A stretch of DNA of 64,000 nucleotides from Oscillospiraceae bacterium (GTDB lineage: Bacteria > Bacillota > Clostridia > Oscillospirales > SIG627), in NCBI GenBank assembly GCA_015065265.1, contig SVQQ01000007.1:475-64474 (forward strand), in the 5' to 3' direction. Made by a program: the position numbers and the translations under genes. Below the pieces are notes generated by a model. That model had not been told where the DNA came from, did not search any database, and saw only the letters and a program-made list of their open reading frames with translations. How positions within the stretch are numbered: the stretch's first letter is position 1; each line of letters opens with the position of its first letter. Below, piece after piece: positions 28,616 to 39,195 of the stretch.

Positions 28616-30784
28616 ATGAAGATTGAATTGATTTTTATTGAACTTCTTTTGTTTTCCGTTTTGCTCGGCATATTTATTGCCCACAAAAAGAGCATCGGCG
28701 AAAGACTGGTACTGCTCGGAACAGTGCCTGTATCCTTCCTTGTTGCCTTTATTATAAGCAAAGCGGGAGCATTTGACTTCCTCGGTAAACTTATAGCAGA
28801 CGCCATTACAGGTATCCCGTCGGTGTCGGCGTACGTTGAAAATTCTATGGCAGTCAAAACAGGACTTGCGGGAATTATCTCGGCTTTTCTACGTCCTGTC
28901 TTCACTACCGTAATTTTCTGGATACTGCTTGTTGTAACAAAAATTGTTGCTTCGGCTATAATAAGTAAAAAGAAGAAAGAGGGCAAAGGGCTTTTCGAGG
29001 CAGGAAAAAAAGCATTTGACAAAAAGAACGTTTCCGCCTGTGCAATTTCTGCCCTTGGCGCATTCCTGATTTTTATGTTTTCATGTCTTCCCATAAACTT
29101 TTTGTCCACCGCCTTTGAAGATGCAATAATTAAGGCTGAGGGCGAAAAGTATGCGGACACCTGGGTTCAGGACACCGCCACTCGTATTTCAAAGACCTAT
29201 ATGCCCACCTCAAACGAAGAAGTTTTCGGTTCTATTCAGCGTTTTACAGGTATGAAGGCTATTCTTCGAGGGGCATCAAACTCTCTTGCCACAGTTACAC
29301 TTGAAACAAACGATGGAACGAAAGTTAAATTCAATGCCCTTGAACTTATGGGGATTATAGTTGGCGACGGAGTGGACGTACTCACCGTCTGGGAATATAT
29401 TACAAGTCCCGACCACCACACACTTTCCGATATTTCCATGGTTTCTACCCCCATTCGTACCCTTGCGGATTCGTCACTTATAATGTCACTTGTCTGCGAA
29501 GTGGTGCAGTCCTATGAAGACGGAGACAATCACGCACTTAACACCTTTATGGCGGCGGCAAAGGAAAACTATTCTCCAAAAGACTCACATCTTCTGGAAG
29601 AAGACATAAGACTTCTTGCAGACGCCATTGACGTTGTCATCGAGGCGGGTGGCGATGAAGAAATATACAGTGACCACCTTGTAGAACTATTCTTACATCC
29701 TCTCGAAGACGAGGAAACGTCATATCTCTTTATTGAAGAGTTGTCAAAGACAAGTATCTACTCAAAGGCTCTTGTTTCCTTTACGGAATACGGAGTGAGA
29801 CTCCTTTGTGACAAACTCCAGATAAGTGAAAACAGACTTGACGCTCTTGAAGATTTCAGATACGGAGTATTTGAAGGAGTGAACAACAGAAGCGAGGGTA
29901 CAATCGACCTTAGCCTTGCCGAAAAGTTCATCGTTTACTGTGCAAATAACTCTGTCAGGTCAAATTCATATACTGTAAAAGACGAAAACCACCTCACCTC
30001 TCGTGATATGGAATTCAAGAACTATCAGCGTTATATGACAAGAAAAGAGGAAATTGAGAGGGCGTTTACCGCTTACCACGTAGAAGACAGCGCTCTTCCC
30101 ACAGGTTTTGTTGCCTCTGACGGAACGGTTTATAAATATAATGAGACAAATTCAACCTGGTCAAAAAGCACTGCAAACAGTGTAAATTCACTTTCTCTGT
30201 TCTCGCATTTTCTCATTTCTCAGTCAAACGACAAGTTCAAAGCAGACCACAGTTTCACCTATGAAATGGAAGACGTTATAACCCTTGCTCACGAATATGA
30301 GAACAAGGCTCTCTCCCCAAGAGATATCTTTAACCGTTCAAAAGAGGCTGTGAAGGTTCTCTATAACGACGAAAACTACAATCCCGAAGGCATAACCTAT
30401 TCCGACGAGATAACCTCTCTTATAACTGACAAAAAAGTATTTGACCAAAAGGATAACCACGCCGCCGCAAAGGCAATTTCAAGCGGTGCGGCATTTGCGG
30501 TGAAGTTCTTTGAAGAAGAGGACAAGACCACAGTTGAGATAGTTTTATCTAACTTCTCACTTGTCGGCAGACTCCTTGACGCCTTGTGCGAATATGAAAT
30601 CACTTCAAAAGTTCCTGCAAAACTTCTCGTCGTTACCACGTCAAATCACGAGTTCGGAAAATATTTCGTTTCCGACAGTATTGTGAGAATTACCGAAAAG
30701 GTAAGCGTAGGTCTTTCAAGTTACGAAAACCTCTTTGGCTCGGTACAGGCAATTTACAACATTGTAGATAAAGTTATATTCTAA
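28616..30784 (+). CDS. 722-aa polytopic membrane protein with a large soluble domain, unknown function
   Basis: About 5 N-terminal TM helices (weakly CvpA-like) followed by about 530 aa with no motif I recognise. RBS is AAGGAGA. Confidence 0.6.
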   Translation: MKIELIFIELLLFSVLLGIFIAHKKSIGERLVLLGTVPVSFLVAFIISKAGAFDFLGKLIADAITGIPSVSAYVENSMAVKTGLAGIISAFLRPVFTTVIFWILLVVTKIVASAIISKKKKEGKGLFEAGKKAFDKKNVSACAISALGAFLIFMFSCLPINFLSTAFEDAIIKAEGEKYADTWVQDTATRISKTYMPTSNEEVFGSIQRFTGMKAILRGASNSLATVTLETNDGTKVKFNALELMGIIVGDGVDVLTVWEYITSPDHHTLSDISMVSTPIRTLADSSLIMSLVCEVVQSYEDGDNHALNTFMAAAKENYSPKDSHLLEEDIRLLADAIDVVIEAGGDEEIYSDHLVELFLHPLEDEETSYLFIEELSKTSIYSKALVSFTEYGVRLLCDKLQISENRLDALEDFRYGVFEGVNNRSEGTIDLSLAEKFIVYCANNSVRSNSYTVKDENHLTSRDMEFKNYQRYMTRKEEIERAFTAYHVEDSALPTGFVASDGTVYKYNETNSTWSKSTANSVNSLSLFSHFLISQSNDKFKADHSFTYEMEDVITLAHEYENKALSPRDIFNRSKEAVKVLYNDENYNPEGITYSDEITSLITDKKVFDQKDNHAAAKAISSGAAFAVKFFEEEDKTTVEIVLSNFSLVGRLLDALCEYEITSKVPAKLLVVTTSNHEFGKYFVSDSIVRITEKVSVGLSSYENLFGSVQAIYNIVDKVIF

Positions 30785-30800
30785 TTAAGGAGTAAAAAGG

Positions 30801-33800
30801 ATGAAAAAAGTTTTAATCTCACTGCTTTCACTTCTTGCAGTAGTTGCAGTCGTATTTACATCAATTCTTGTCTTTAACACCGTAAAAAAAGACTCCTTTG
30901 AAAACCCTTTCTCACTTTTCAGTGAAAAGGCGAACAGTTTTTCTCTTGACGTTAAAGTTGAGGGAGAGGGAAAAGTTGAGGGTGCTGAAAAGTACTACAA
31001 GAAAAACTCACTTGCTACCCTTGAAGCAAAGGCAAACGAAAACAGCGTTTTCTACGGTTGGTACGACGGTGAGGACAGATATCTGACCTCGTCTCCCGTA
31101 TATTCCTTTACAATTGACGAAAATGCCACAATCGTTGCAAAATTCGGTGACAAAGAAGACTCGCTGAACTGGTCTGTTGAGTCGGTTTCCTCACTTTCAA
31201 GCGTAAAAGATAATTTTACCTTTGAAATTGACTGCGACAGAGAAGATGCCGAAGAATACCTCAAAGAAAACCTTAAAGTCGTTCAGTCTCAGTTCGTCGG
31301 CACAGAATTCGAGGACGACGCAAGTAAAAAGGTTAAGATAGAAAAGATTGACGAGGGAAAATTCGAGGTTTCTCTTGAAGAGGGCGAACAGTACGAAAAG
31401 GGTGTGTCCTACACCGCAGTAATTGAGGAAGAAAAAGAAGAAGGCAAAGAAGAAGGCAAAGAAGAAGAAGATAAACCCGACAAAGAAGAACTCGATGCCT
31501 CAATTAACTTTACAGGCTCAAATGAGGGTGACTTCAAGGTAGAAAAAGAAGAAACCGAAGTTATCGAAGCAAAGAAGGGTATGACCTCTTTCAGTTTAAA
31601 AACCGAGGTTACAAAACTCGTTGACGACGGACTTTTTGAAGGGGATGCAGGCGACAAGGCAGACTACGTTGTAGTAACTGATACCAAAGGCATTGTAGCA
31701 GGCGAAGTATTCCTTGTATACGGTGGGGCAACCGAAGAGGAAGAAAACGAAAACTCCTTCTACGCAAAGGCAAAGAGCGTTGAAGGAAACAAGATTGTTT
31801 ATACACTTCCCGAACTTTCCGAAATCTTCGATAACCTTGATATCCATACAAATAACGAAATAGAACTTGACGGAATTGACTTTGATTCAAACCTTGTTGA
31901 AGGAGTAAAGGACGCTCTTTTAAACAACGAGAGTTTCATTCAGTTTGCAAATCTTTCCGAAAAGACTATCTCAAATCTTATAGACACAACAGGCTACGTA
32001 GTTGAGCCTTGTGCGAAATATCTTGGTGACAGGTTAAATATCAGCGTTGACTCTTACCTTAAAGACAAGACCACTGCCAAGGTAAAAATCGTTGCAACTC
32101 TTTTTGTTCCCATAACTAACGGTGAAAAGAGCACTTCTGTAGCGGTGAAGATGAATATTGAAAAGAATATTACACTTTCTCGCTATGCGAACCTTGTAAT
32201 TAGTTTATTTGGAGGAATTCCCTCATACGATTTCAGTGTCAGCATCACAGACGAAGAAATTTGTGACGTTAATATCCTTGTAGACCCCAACGCTCCCAAA
32301 GAAATTACCGCTGAGGTAGTGCGTGACAAATTCACTACAGAATATAACCACGTTGCAAAAGATGCCCTTTTACTTGAAAAGGTTGACACAGTTAGTGCTA
32401 CAAAGACTATTGACCTCTTTGAACTGTCTTTCACGTCAGGTATTTTAAAGTATTCTATCGACGTTGATATGGCTTTAAACCTTGACTTTACAGGCTCACT
32501 TAATTTGAAATCCACAACAACTAACACCGTTGAAGTGGGTGTTCGTTCAGAGGGTAGGTTAGGTATTCGTCCTTACACTAACCTTTACGGAAACGCAAAC
32601 GTTTCATCCCTTACCGCAGTGGGTGACTCCTCTTACTCCAACACAGTTTCCCTTAAAGCTGACGTAAGGTTTATGAACGTTATCCTTTCAAGATATATGA
32701 AAAAACTTTCCTTCTCTATTGAAGAAGGTCGCAACTTTGAGAGTGAGGGACTTGTGAACACCGTTTCGGGTCACGTGCTTGGAAACCTTGAAGTAACCTC
32801 CAACTATAAAGCCGCTGCTTCTTACAAACTCTTCTCGGCATCGGGCAACTGGTCAAGCAGTATTCAGGAACACTCCCTTGGTAAATACGGAAACGAAAAA
32901 GCGATTGTCTCCTATGTAAATCAAAGTGCCCTTACAAAAGAAAAGGCGACTGTGAACTTTATAGGTAGCACCTTCGACCTTCTTTCCTCCGACCTTTTGG
33001 ACGTGAGAGTTTATGACGCAAATTCAAACAAAATCACAAAAGAAAGTCTTGCCTCAGACAGCACAGACTACAAGGTGACTGTGACTACGGGAAAAGTTGG
33101 TATTTCCTATAAAGACGGAAAACTTTCTCTTGACGACCCCAAAGCCACTTATATCAAGGACACCGTTACAATAAAGGTTGAAAACAAGAATAAGGCATGG
33201 GGAAAATATAACAAGAACAAAGTTCCCACCTACCTTCCCGAAATTAAACTCTCGGTTGTCTACGGTAACGAAGACTTGTACTATGCAAGTATTGACAGCT
33301 CCCTTGAAAAAGAATTCAGACTTCTTTTCCGCAGTTACGACGATGAAAGTGCTGACGTGCTTCACTCTAACTTCTCAAATCTTGTAAATAACGTTATTTC
33401 AATCCCCGCTGAATACAACGACATCTTCTCTATAATTGCAGAAAGTTATATCAACAATATGTTTGGTGAAATAAGTTCTCTGAAGAAAATTGAAGACGAT
33501 AACAGAACTCAGGAAAACGCTTTTGTTAAAGCGGAATCGGCGGCATTTGAATACCTTATGAACTTCATTAACTCGGTAATCAGAGACAAGGGAGTTGACG
33601 CAGGCGAAGCAGAAGATATGATGGCTTATATTGCAAAATCAAGTGCAATGAAGAAGACCATTATCGAAACTTCCCGTTCTTCTTCAGGAAAGACCTTGTC
33701 AAGTTACTATAAGAAGGCTTCAAAGGAAACTCAACAGATGATTGACAAGGCGGTTACCGCTTGTGAAAACACCGCGTCCGAATATGGAATTTCAGACGTG

Positions 33801-33830
33801 GCAAGAGCATTCAGAAGACTTCTTTCTTAA
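30801..33830 (+). CDS. 1009-aa anchored or secreted protein with an InlB B-repeat-like domain and an acidic linker
   Basis: Has an N-terminal signal anchor. VKVEGEGKVEGAEKYYKKNSLATLEAKANENSVFYGWYDG...IVAKF matches the Listeria-Bacteroides/InlB B-repeat pattern. An EEEKEEGKEEGKEEEDKPDKEE linker follows, and the remainder is unknown. Confidence 0.6.
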   Translation: MKKVLISLLSLLAVVAVVFTSILVFNTVKKDSFENPFSLFSEKANSFSLDVKVEGEGKVEGAEKYYKKNSLATLEAKANENSVFYGWYDGEDRYLTSSPVYSFTIDENATIVAKFGDKEDSLNWSVESVSSLSSVKDNFTFEIDCDREDAEEYLKENLKVVQSQFVGTEFEDDASKKVKIEKIDEGKFEVSLEEGEQYEKGVSYTAVIEEEKEEGKEEGKEEEDKPDKEELDASINFTGSNEGDFKVEKEETEVIEAKKGMTSFSLKTEVTKLVDDGLFEGDAGDKADYVVVTDTKGIVAGEVFLVYGGATEEEENENSFYAKAKSVEGNKIVYTLPELSEIFDNLDIHTNNEIELDGIDFDSNLVEGVKDALLNNESFIQFANLSEKTISNLIDTTGYVVEPCAKYLGDRLNISVDSYLKDKTTAKVKIVATLFVPITNGEKSTSVAVKMNIEKNITLSRYANLVISLFGGIPSYDFSVSITDEEICDVNILVDPNAPKEITAEVVRDKFTTEYNHVAKDALLLEKVDTVSATKTIDLFELSFTSGILKYSIDVDMALNLDFTGSLNLKSTTTNTVEVGVRSEGRLGIRPYTNLYGNANVSSLTAVGDSSYSNTVSLKADVRFMNVILSRYMKKLSFSIEEGRNFESEGLVNTVSGHVLGNLEVTSNYKAAASYKLFSASGNWSSSIQEHSLGKYGNEKAIVSYVNQSALTKEKATVNFIGSTFDLLSSDLLDVRVYDANSNKITKESLASDSTDYKVTVTTGKVGISYKDGKLSLDDPKATYIKDTVTIKVENKNKAWGKYNKNKVPTYLPEIKLSVVYGNEDLYYASIDSSLEKEFRLLFRSYDDESADVLHSNFSNLVNNVISIPAEYNDIFSIIAESYINNMFGEISSLKKIEDDNRTQENAFVKAESAAFEYLMNFINSVIRDKGVDAGEAEDMMAYIAKSSAMKKTIIETSRSSSGKTLSSYYKKASKETQQMIDKAVTACENTASEYGISDVARAFRRLLS

Positions 33831-33847
33831 GAAAAGTTTTAAAAAGC

Positions 33848-33883
33848 AAAGGACAGAGAACTAATGTTCTCTGTCCTTTTTTT
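33848..33883 (+). terminator. Intrinsic terminator
   Basis: AAAGGACAGAGAAC-TAAT-GTTCTCTGTCCTTT forms a 14-bp stem followed by TTTT. Confidence 0.85.
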
Positions 33884-33901
33884 AGTTGTATAGAAAATGG
33901 A

Positions 33902-34427
33902 AAGTGCAGAATGCAGAATGCAAAATGCAGAATTAAGGAACAAATGCTTCGCATTTGAGTTGATTTTATTATAAGTTTAGCGGAAAATCCGCTAAACACT
34001 TAAAAAACTTAATCATTATAAAAGAGCGTTTTAGTCTATATACAAAGACTAAATCAACTTTTTGACAGTACTCACGTCTTCCGCTTTTTATTGTAAAAAC
34101 TTTAGTTCACAGCCCGTAAAAGCAAGAGTATCTTTGAGGGAAAATCGCTAATATAATTCAGAGTGCAGAATGATGAGTGCAGAGTTAAGGACGATTTGCT
34201 TTGCAAATCTTCAATAATTATAAGTTTAGCGGAAAATCCGCTAAACGCACATAAATCAATTCAAATGCGAAGCATTTGTTCCTTTATTCTGCATTTTGCA
34301 TTTTGCACTCTGCATTACAATATCCACAGAAGAATAGGCAACAAATAAAGCATAGTCCATTTTCATAGACTATGCTTTACTAAATCTCTTATAATGTCAT
34401 TTCATTTCGGTTTTCACCAAAGAGACG
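33902..34427 (-). repeat. Repeat locus C. From the RNHCP gene on the minus strand: m1-m2-palindromic element-m5-m6, then an inverted half element.
   Basis: m1 lies at 34397-34427, m2 at 34346-34379 (AAAGCATAGTC/GACTATGCTTT), m5 at 34101-34148 and m6 at 34031-34098. A half element (+ orientation) lies at 33902-33997. Confidence 0.9.
34157..34316 (-). mobile_element. ~163-bp palindromic MITE-like element (full copy)
   Basis: Near-identical to 57131-57293 and to the reverse complement of 52290-52452. Confidence 0.6.
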
Positions 34428-34741
34428 TCATTTTCAGGGTTCGTAAGTTTGATGAGGAGGGCAGTGTTGTCGTCGTCAGCACACTTATTGCGTACTATCT
34501 CACCGCACTTTTCACAGCGGAAGACTATTATAAAGCCTTTTTTCGCATCGGGCAGGGTCTGGACGGGGCGTAAAACTCCCCGACAGGTGTTCTTTCTGTC
34601 CCCCGGCATCACGTCCACGTGCAAAGAGGACAGACAATAGGGACAGTGATTGCGAGAGGTGTAATGAAGGGGTGAAACCTCTTTTTTACAAACTTCGCAG
34701 ATAAAACCGTTATCGTTTTTCTTAAATCTTTTTTCTTCCAT
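34397..34741 (-). CDS. RNHCP-domain zinc-binding protein
   Basis: Contains CEVCKKEV...YTSRNHCPYCLSSLH...CEKCG. The last ~10 codons (DVSLVKTEMK) are encoded by repeat module m1. Confidence 0.7.
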   Translation of the reverse strand: MEEKRFKKNDNGFICEVCKKEVSPLHYTSRNHCPYCLSSLHVDVMPGDRKNTCRGVLRPVQTLPDAKKGFIIVFRCEKCGEIVRNKCADDDNTALLIKLTNPENDVSLVKTEMK

Positions 34742-34751
34742 TTTTTCTCTC

Positions 34752-35240
34752 TTATTTATGATACTTTTTTCCGTTTATTATAGTGAAAGCCCTGTAAATC
34801 TGCTCGGACAAAATAACCCGCATAAGTTGATGAGGAAAGGTCATTTTTGAAAAGGAGAGTTTCATATCACACGCCTTTTTAACCGTGTCGGAAAGTCCGT
34901 GAGAAGAGCCTATAATAAAGGTAATCTTTGAAAAACCCCCATCGGCAGAGGCGGTGAAAATACCTGCAAACTCTTCAGAGGTTACCCCATTTCCCTCAAC
35001 ACAGAGGGCTATTTTTTTACTTCTCGGGTCAAGTTTTTCAAGTATCTTTTCCCCCTCTTCCAAAAGAACCTTTTCAATTTGGTTTTTCTGTGGTGAGTCG
35101 GGGAGATTTCCCTCTTTTATAAGTACGTCTTCAAACTTTCCAAAGGCGGAAATACGTTTTGAATATTCAAGGAAGGCTTCTTTTAAATATTTTTCTTTAA
35201 AGTCACCTACGTGTATTATGGTAACGTTCATTTTTGACAC
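34752..35240 (-). CDS. rlmH: 23S rRNA (pseudouridine1915-N3)-methyltransferase
   Basis: 162 aa SPOUT protein with a C-terminus typical of RlmH (FIIGSSHGLS...LSFSKMTFPHQLMRV). Confidence 0.9.
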   Translation of the reverse strand: MSKMNVTIIHVGDFKEKYLKEAFLEYSKRISAFGKFEDVLIKEGNLPDSPQKNQIEKVLLEEGEKILEKLDPRSKKIALCVEGNGVTSEEFAGIFTASADGGFSKITFIIGSSHGLSDTVKKACDMKLSFSKMTFPHQLMRVILSEQIYRAFTIINGKKYHK

Positions 35241-35301
35241 TTTCGTTAAAATTTATAGTTTTAAACTCTTCTTTTTAACAAAAACGTTAAAATTAAGAGT
35301 T

Positions 35302-36102
35302 TTAGAAAATCTCCACCTCTGTCGGTGAATAAGCCGAGGCAACTTTTAAGGAATAGTCATCTTTACCTATCAGAGCACCTCTGGCACTTTCAAGGGCAAG
35401 GGTGGGAAGATTATTTTCTTCTGAAAGGTGGGCGAGAGTGAAACTTCTGCAACCTGCCTCATATAACTCTTTTATAAACTCGGCACAGTCAAAGTTTGAC
35501 AAGTGTCCGCGAGGGGACAGAATTCTCTCTTTTAAATATTCGGGATAACTTCCACATTTAAGCATATTAACGTCGTGATTGCTCTCGATTATGATATTCT
35601 TTACGCCTATTAGCACCTGTCTCATATCGTCGGTAACCTGTCCGATGTCTGTGGCGTAACCAATACCTTTTTTGTCCTTTGTGGAGTTAAAGAGAAAACC
35701 GAGACTTGCCTCAACGTCGTGAGGGGTAGGAAAGGTGCGAATGGTCATTGTGCCGATTTCATAGGTCTTTCCTGCCTTTACAGTCATAACGTTTGATGCA
35801 AGAGTCTGACAGTCTTCAATAGTATTTGTATTTGTCGGCGTACATATGGCACGTGCAGTTTCCACTGTGGTGAAAATGCGGATACTATATTTTTTTACTA
35901 TGTGTTTTAAGGCTTTTATATGGTCTATATGTTGGTGAGTTACGAAAATTCCCTTTACGTTTTCAAGACTGTCGCCGAGTTTCTCTATATTCTCTTTAAT
36001 TCTTTTAAAACTGCCACCTGCATCAACTAAAATTGAGGTTTCCCCGTCTGAAATATAGGTGCAGTTTCCTTTTGAGCCAGAATAAAAAATATGCGTTTTC
36101 AT
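35302..36102 (-). CDS. MBL-fold metallo-hydrolase (YycJ-like)
   Basis: Contains the HxHxDH motif (HQHIDH). Confidence 0.8.
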   Translation of the reverse strand: MKTHIFYSGSKGNCTYISDGETSILVDAGGSFKRIKENIEKLGDSLENVKGIFVTHQHIDHIKALKHIVKKYSIRIFTTVETARAICTPTNTNTIEDCQTLASNVMTVKAGKTYEIGTMTIRTFPTPHDVEASLGFLFNSTKDKKGIGYATDIGQVTDDMRQVLIGVKNIIIESNHDVNMLKCGSYPEYLKERILSPRGHLSNFDCAEFIKELYEAGCRSFTLAHLSEENNLPTLALESARGALIGKDDYSLKVASAYSPTEVEIF

Positions 36103-36653
36103 TAAAATTCAAGTACCTTTACTTCAAGGTCTGAAATTTCCTCAAAGGTTGCAATAGTGCCTTTAACACTCACGCCACAGAAGCGGGATAAAATTTCAGA
36201 CAAATCAAAAAAATATACGTTTTCGGGGATATCCTTTCCCCTTTGACAGAAAACTCCGTCACCCGTCAGTTTTCCGTATGCCTCTTTCTTTACCCAAAGG
36301 GAGTAAAAATCTTCAAGGGTCAAAATTTCTTTTCTTTCCTTTTCGGTGAAAAAGGAATTTTTAAGTCGGGATATGTCACGCCCTAATACTTCTTCCGCAT
36401 CAATGCCACATTCCCCTTTATTAAGAAAGAGACAGAAAAGTTCTCCTGTGTGACTGACCGAAAAAGAATAGCCTTTTTCCTTTGTGAATACGGGTTTTCC
36501 TTTATCATTTTTTGAAAAAGGCTCGTCAAAGCCAAAATAATCGGCAATCGCCACCCTTTTCAGAGTGGCGGAGCCTGATTTTACCCTTTCACCTTTTAAA
36601 AGGTATAACGTGGGTTTATTCTTCATTTTCTTGTGTGTCGTCAGTTTCTTCAA
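36102..36653 (-). CDS. 4'-phosphopantetheinyl transferase (Sfp type, short)
   Basis: Contains FSVSHTG, GIDAEEV and [12 protein letters not shown] motifs. The 5' end overlaps the gyrA 3' end. Confidence 0.7.
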   Translation of the reverse strand: MKKLTTHKKMKNKPTLYLLKGERVKSGSATLKRVAIADYFGFDEPFSKNDKGKPVFTKEKGYSFSVSHTGELFCLFLNKGECGIDAEEVLGRDISRLKNSFFTEKERKEILTLEDFYSLWVKKEAYGKLTGDGVFCQRGKDIPENVYFFDLSEILSRFCGVSVKGTIATFEEISDLEVKVLEF

Positions 36654-39177
36654 CTGTGTCGTCTGCTTCTTCTGTTTCGGGCAGGTCTTCTACTTCTTCG
36701 CTTTCGTCGAGAACCTCGTTACCCTCTTCGGTTTCCTCTGCCTGAACTCTTTGAAGTCCGACAATGGACTGTCCCTCGTTTAGTCTCATAAGAATTACAC
36801 CTGCCGACGCTCTGCCTGTGGTAGAAATCTGATCGGCTGGAATTCTGATAAGTATTCCTTCGTTGGTAATGAGCATAATGTCGTCTTCCCCGTTAATTTC
36901 GGTAATTCCTACAAGACTTCCTGTCTTTTCGGTTATCTTCTGACATCTTACTCCCTTACCGCCTCTGCCTGAAAGACGGAAGGTTTCAATTCTTGAACAT
37001 TTACCCATACCGTTTTCGGTAGCGGTGAGAAGGAGACTGTCATATTCTCCCTCGGCATTAGGTGTTGCGGTAATCATACCTACAACCTTTGCACCCTCTG
37101 TAAGTCTTATTGCTCTGACACCTCTTGCGGTACGTCCCATTACTCGAACCTTTTGTTCTTCAAACTTAATGGCAAGACCGTCACTTGTGGCAACGATAAT
37201 CTGACAGTTGCCTTCGGTCTTCTTAACGAAGAGGAGTTTGTCGTCTTCGTCAAGACGAATGGCGTTAACTCCCCCTCGTCTGATATGACGGAAGAGATTT
37301 AAGGGAGTTCTCTTAATTACGCCCTTTTCAGTAACCATCACCAGTGTTTCTTCGGTATTGATTTTACTAACCGATACGAAGGCGGTAATAAATTCACCTT
37401 GTGACAGTGGCAGAACGTTATTCATATGTGAGCCCTTAGCGGTTCTTGATGCCTCGGGAATTTCGTAGCACTTCTTGATATAGAGTCTGCCGAGATTTGA
37501 GAACATAAAGAGGTAATTGTGGCTGTGAGAGATGAAAATATCCTTAACGGAGTCTTCTTCTTTGGTCTTCATAGCCGCAAGACCCTTACCGCCTCTGTTC
37601 TGTGCGGTGTAGGCATCGGCAGGGATACGTTTAATATATCCGTCGTGGGTAATGGTAATTACACACTTATGCTTTTCGATAAGGTCTTCAAGTACGATAT
37701 CGTCTTCCGCTTCTTCAATAGCGGTGCGTCTGTCGTCCCCAAAACGCTTTTTAATCTCAAGCATTTCTTCCTTCATAATTTCTCTTATTCTGCTCTTGTT
37801 CTGAAGGATATCTTCAAAGTCTGCAATAAGGGCGTGAAGTCTTTCAAGTTCCTGCAAAATTGCATCAACTTCAAGAGAAGCAAGGTTTCCAAGAGGCATT
37901 TTAACAATAGCCTGTGCCTGTACGTCGGAAAAATCGAAGGCTTGAATTAAATTGTCTTTAGCGTCTTGTGAAGAACGGCTCTTTCTTATAATCTTGATAA
38001 CTTCGTCGATATTATCAATGGCAATCTTATAACCTTCGTAGATGTGAGCCTTTGCTCTCGCTTTTTCAAGGTCGAAGTTTACTCGTCTTGTGATAACCTG
38101 TTCTCTGTGTCTGATGTAGTGAACGAGAATTTGCTTCAAGTTCAGGGTTTTAGGCTCGTTATCAACCAGGGCGAGCATATTCATAGCGCAGGTGTCTTGA
38201 AGTTGAGTATATTTATAAAGTTGATTTGCGATAACAAGTTCGTTGGCGTCACGTTTAAGTTCCACCACAATTCTCATACCGTTTCTGCCCGATTCGTCAC
38301 GAATTTCGGAAATTCCCTCTACTCTCTTGTCTTTAACAAGGTCTGCAATAGATTTTACAAGGTTTGATTTATTTACAGAATAGGGAATTTCGGTATAAAC
38401 AAGGCTCTTGTGGTTCGCCTTTTCTTCAACGTGGTAAACAGCACGTACCATAACGTGACCTTTACCTGTAAGGTACGCCTGTTTAATGCCGGAAGTACCG
38501 TAAATCATAGCACTTGTGGGGAAGTCGGGGCCCTTGATATATTCCATAATATCAAGAACTTCACATTCGGGGTTCTCCATAACGAAGATCGTTCCGTCAA
38601 TTACTTCCGACAGGTTGTGAGGGGGAATGTAGGTCGCCATACCTACCGCAATTCCCACAGAACCGTTTACAAGAAGGTTAGGAAATCCTGAGGGAAGAAC
38701 GGTTGGTTCTTCAAGTTTATTATCGAAGTTGGGGGTAAAGTCAACTACGTTCTTTTCAATATCGGTAAGGAGTTCGGAAGCAATTTTCGACATTCTCGCT
38801 TCTGTATAACGGTAAGCCGCCGCACCGTCTCCGTCAATGTTACCGAAGTTACCCTGTCCGTCAATGAGGGTATAACGCATGGAGAAAGGCTGTGCCAGAC
38901 GTACCATTGCGTCATAAACCGAGGAGTCACCGTGAGGGTGATAGTGACCCAGCACGTTACCGACAGTGGTCGCCGACTTACGGTAGTCTTTATCGTGAGT
39001 CAGATTATCCTCATACATGGAGTAAAGTATTCTTCTGTGGACAGGTTTAAGTCCGTCACGTACGTCAGGCAGTGCTCTGGACACGATAACCGACATGGCA
39101 TATTCGATATAGGACTGCTTGACTTCTTTATTTATCTCTACCTGTTTGACGTTCTGTCCTTCAAGATATATATCCAT
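36616..39177 (-). CDS. gyrA: DNA gyrase subunit A
   Basis: Contains [28 protein letters not shown] and an acidic C-terminal tail. I prefer the start at 39177 because AAGAGGA lies upstream. The ORF-track extension to 39240 covers DnaA boxes. Confidence 0.95.
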   Translation of the reverse strand: MDIYLEGQNVKQVEINKEVKQSYIEYAMSVIVSRALPDVRDGLKPVHRRILYSMYEDNLTHDKDYRKSATTVGNVLGHYHPHGDSSVYDAMVRLAQPFSMRYTLIDGQGNFGNIDGDGAAAYRYTEARMSKIASELLTDIEKNVVDFTPNFDNKLEEPTVLPSGFPNLLVNGSVGIAVGMATYIPPHNLSEVIDGTIFVMENPECEVLDIMEYIKGPDFPTSAMIYGTSGIKQAYLTGKGHVMVRAVYHVEEKANHKSLVYTEIPYSVNKSNLVKSIADLVKDKRVEGISEIRDESGRNGMRIVVELKRDANELVIANQLYKYTQLQDTCAMNMLALVDNEPKTLNLKQILVHYIRHREQVITRRVNFDLEKARAKAHIYEGYKIAIDNIDEVIKIIRKSRSSQDAKDNLIQAFDFSDVQAQAIVKMPLGNLASLEVDAILQELERLHALIADFEDILQNKSRIREIMKEEMLEIKKRFGDDRRTAIEEAEDDIVLEDLIEKHKCVITITHDGYIKRIPADAYTAQNRGGKGLAAMKTKEEDSVKDIFISHSHNYLFMFSNLGRLYIKKCYEIPEASRTAKGSHMNNVLPLSQGEFITAFVSVSKINTEETLVMVTEKGVIKRTPLNLFRHIRRGGVNAIRLDEDDKLLFVKKTEGNCQIIVATSDGLAIKFEEQKVRVMGRTARGVRAIRLTEGAKVVGMITATPNAEGEYDSLLLTATENGMGKCSRIETFRLSGRGGKGVRCQKITEKTGSLVGITEINGEDDIMLITNEGILIRIPADQISTTGRASAGVILMRLNEGQSIVGLQRVQAEETEEGNEVLDESEEVEDLPETEEADDTVEETDDTQENEE

Positions 39178-39195
39178 TTTTATCTTTTCCTCTTT

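Noticed and set aside
36102-36653. Sfp-type phosphopantetheinyl transferase as a flag for a biosynthetic gene cluster
   Set aside because: No carrier-protein, PKS, NRPS or fatty-acid genes lie nearby. It sits in a housekeeping operon after gyrA.
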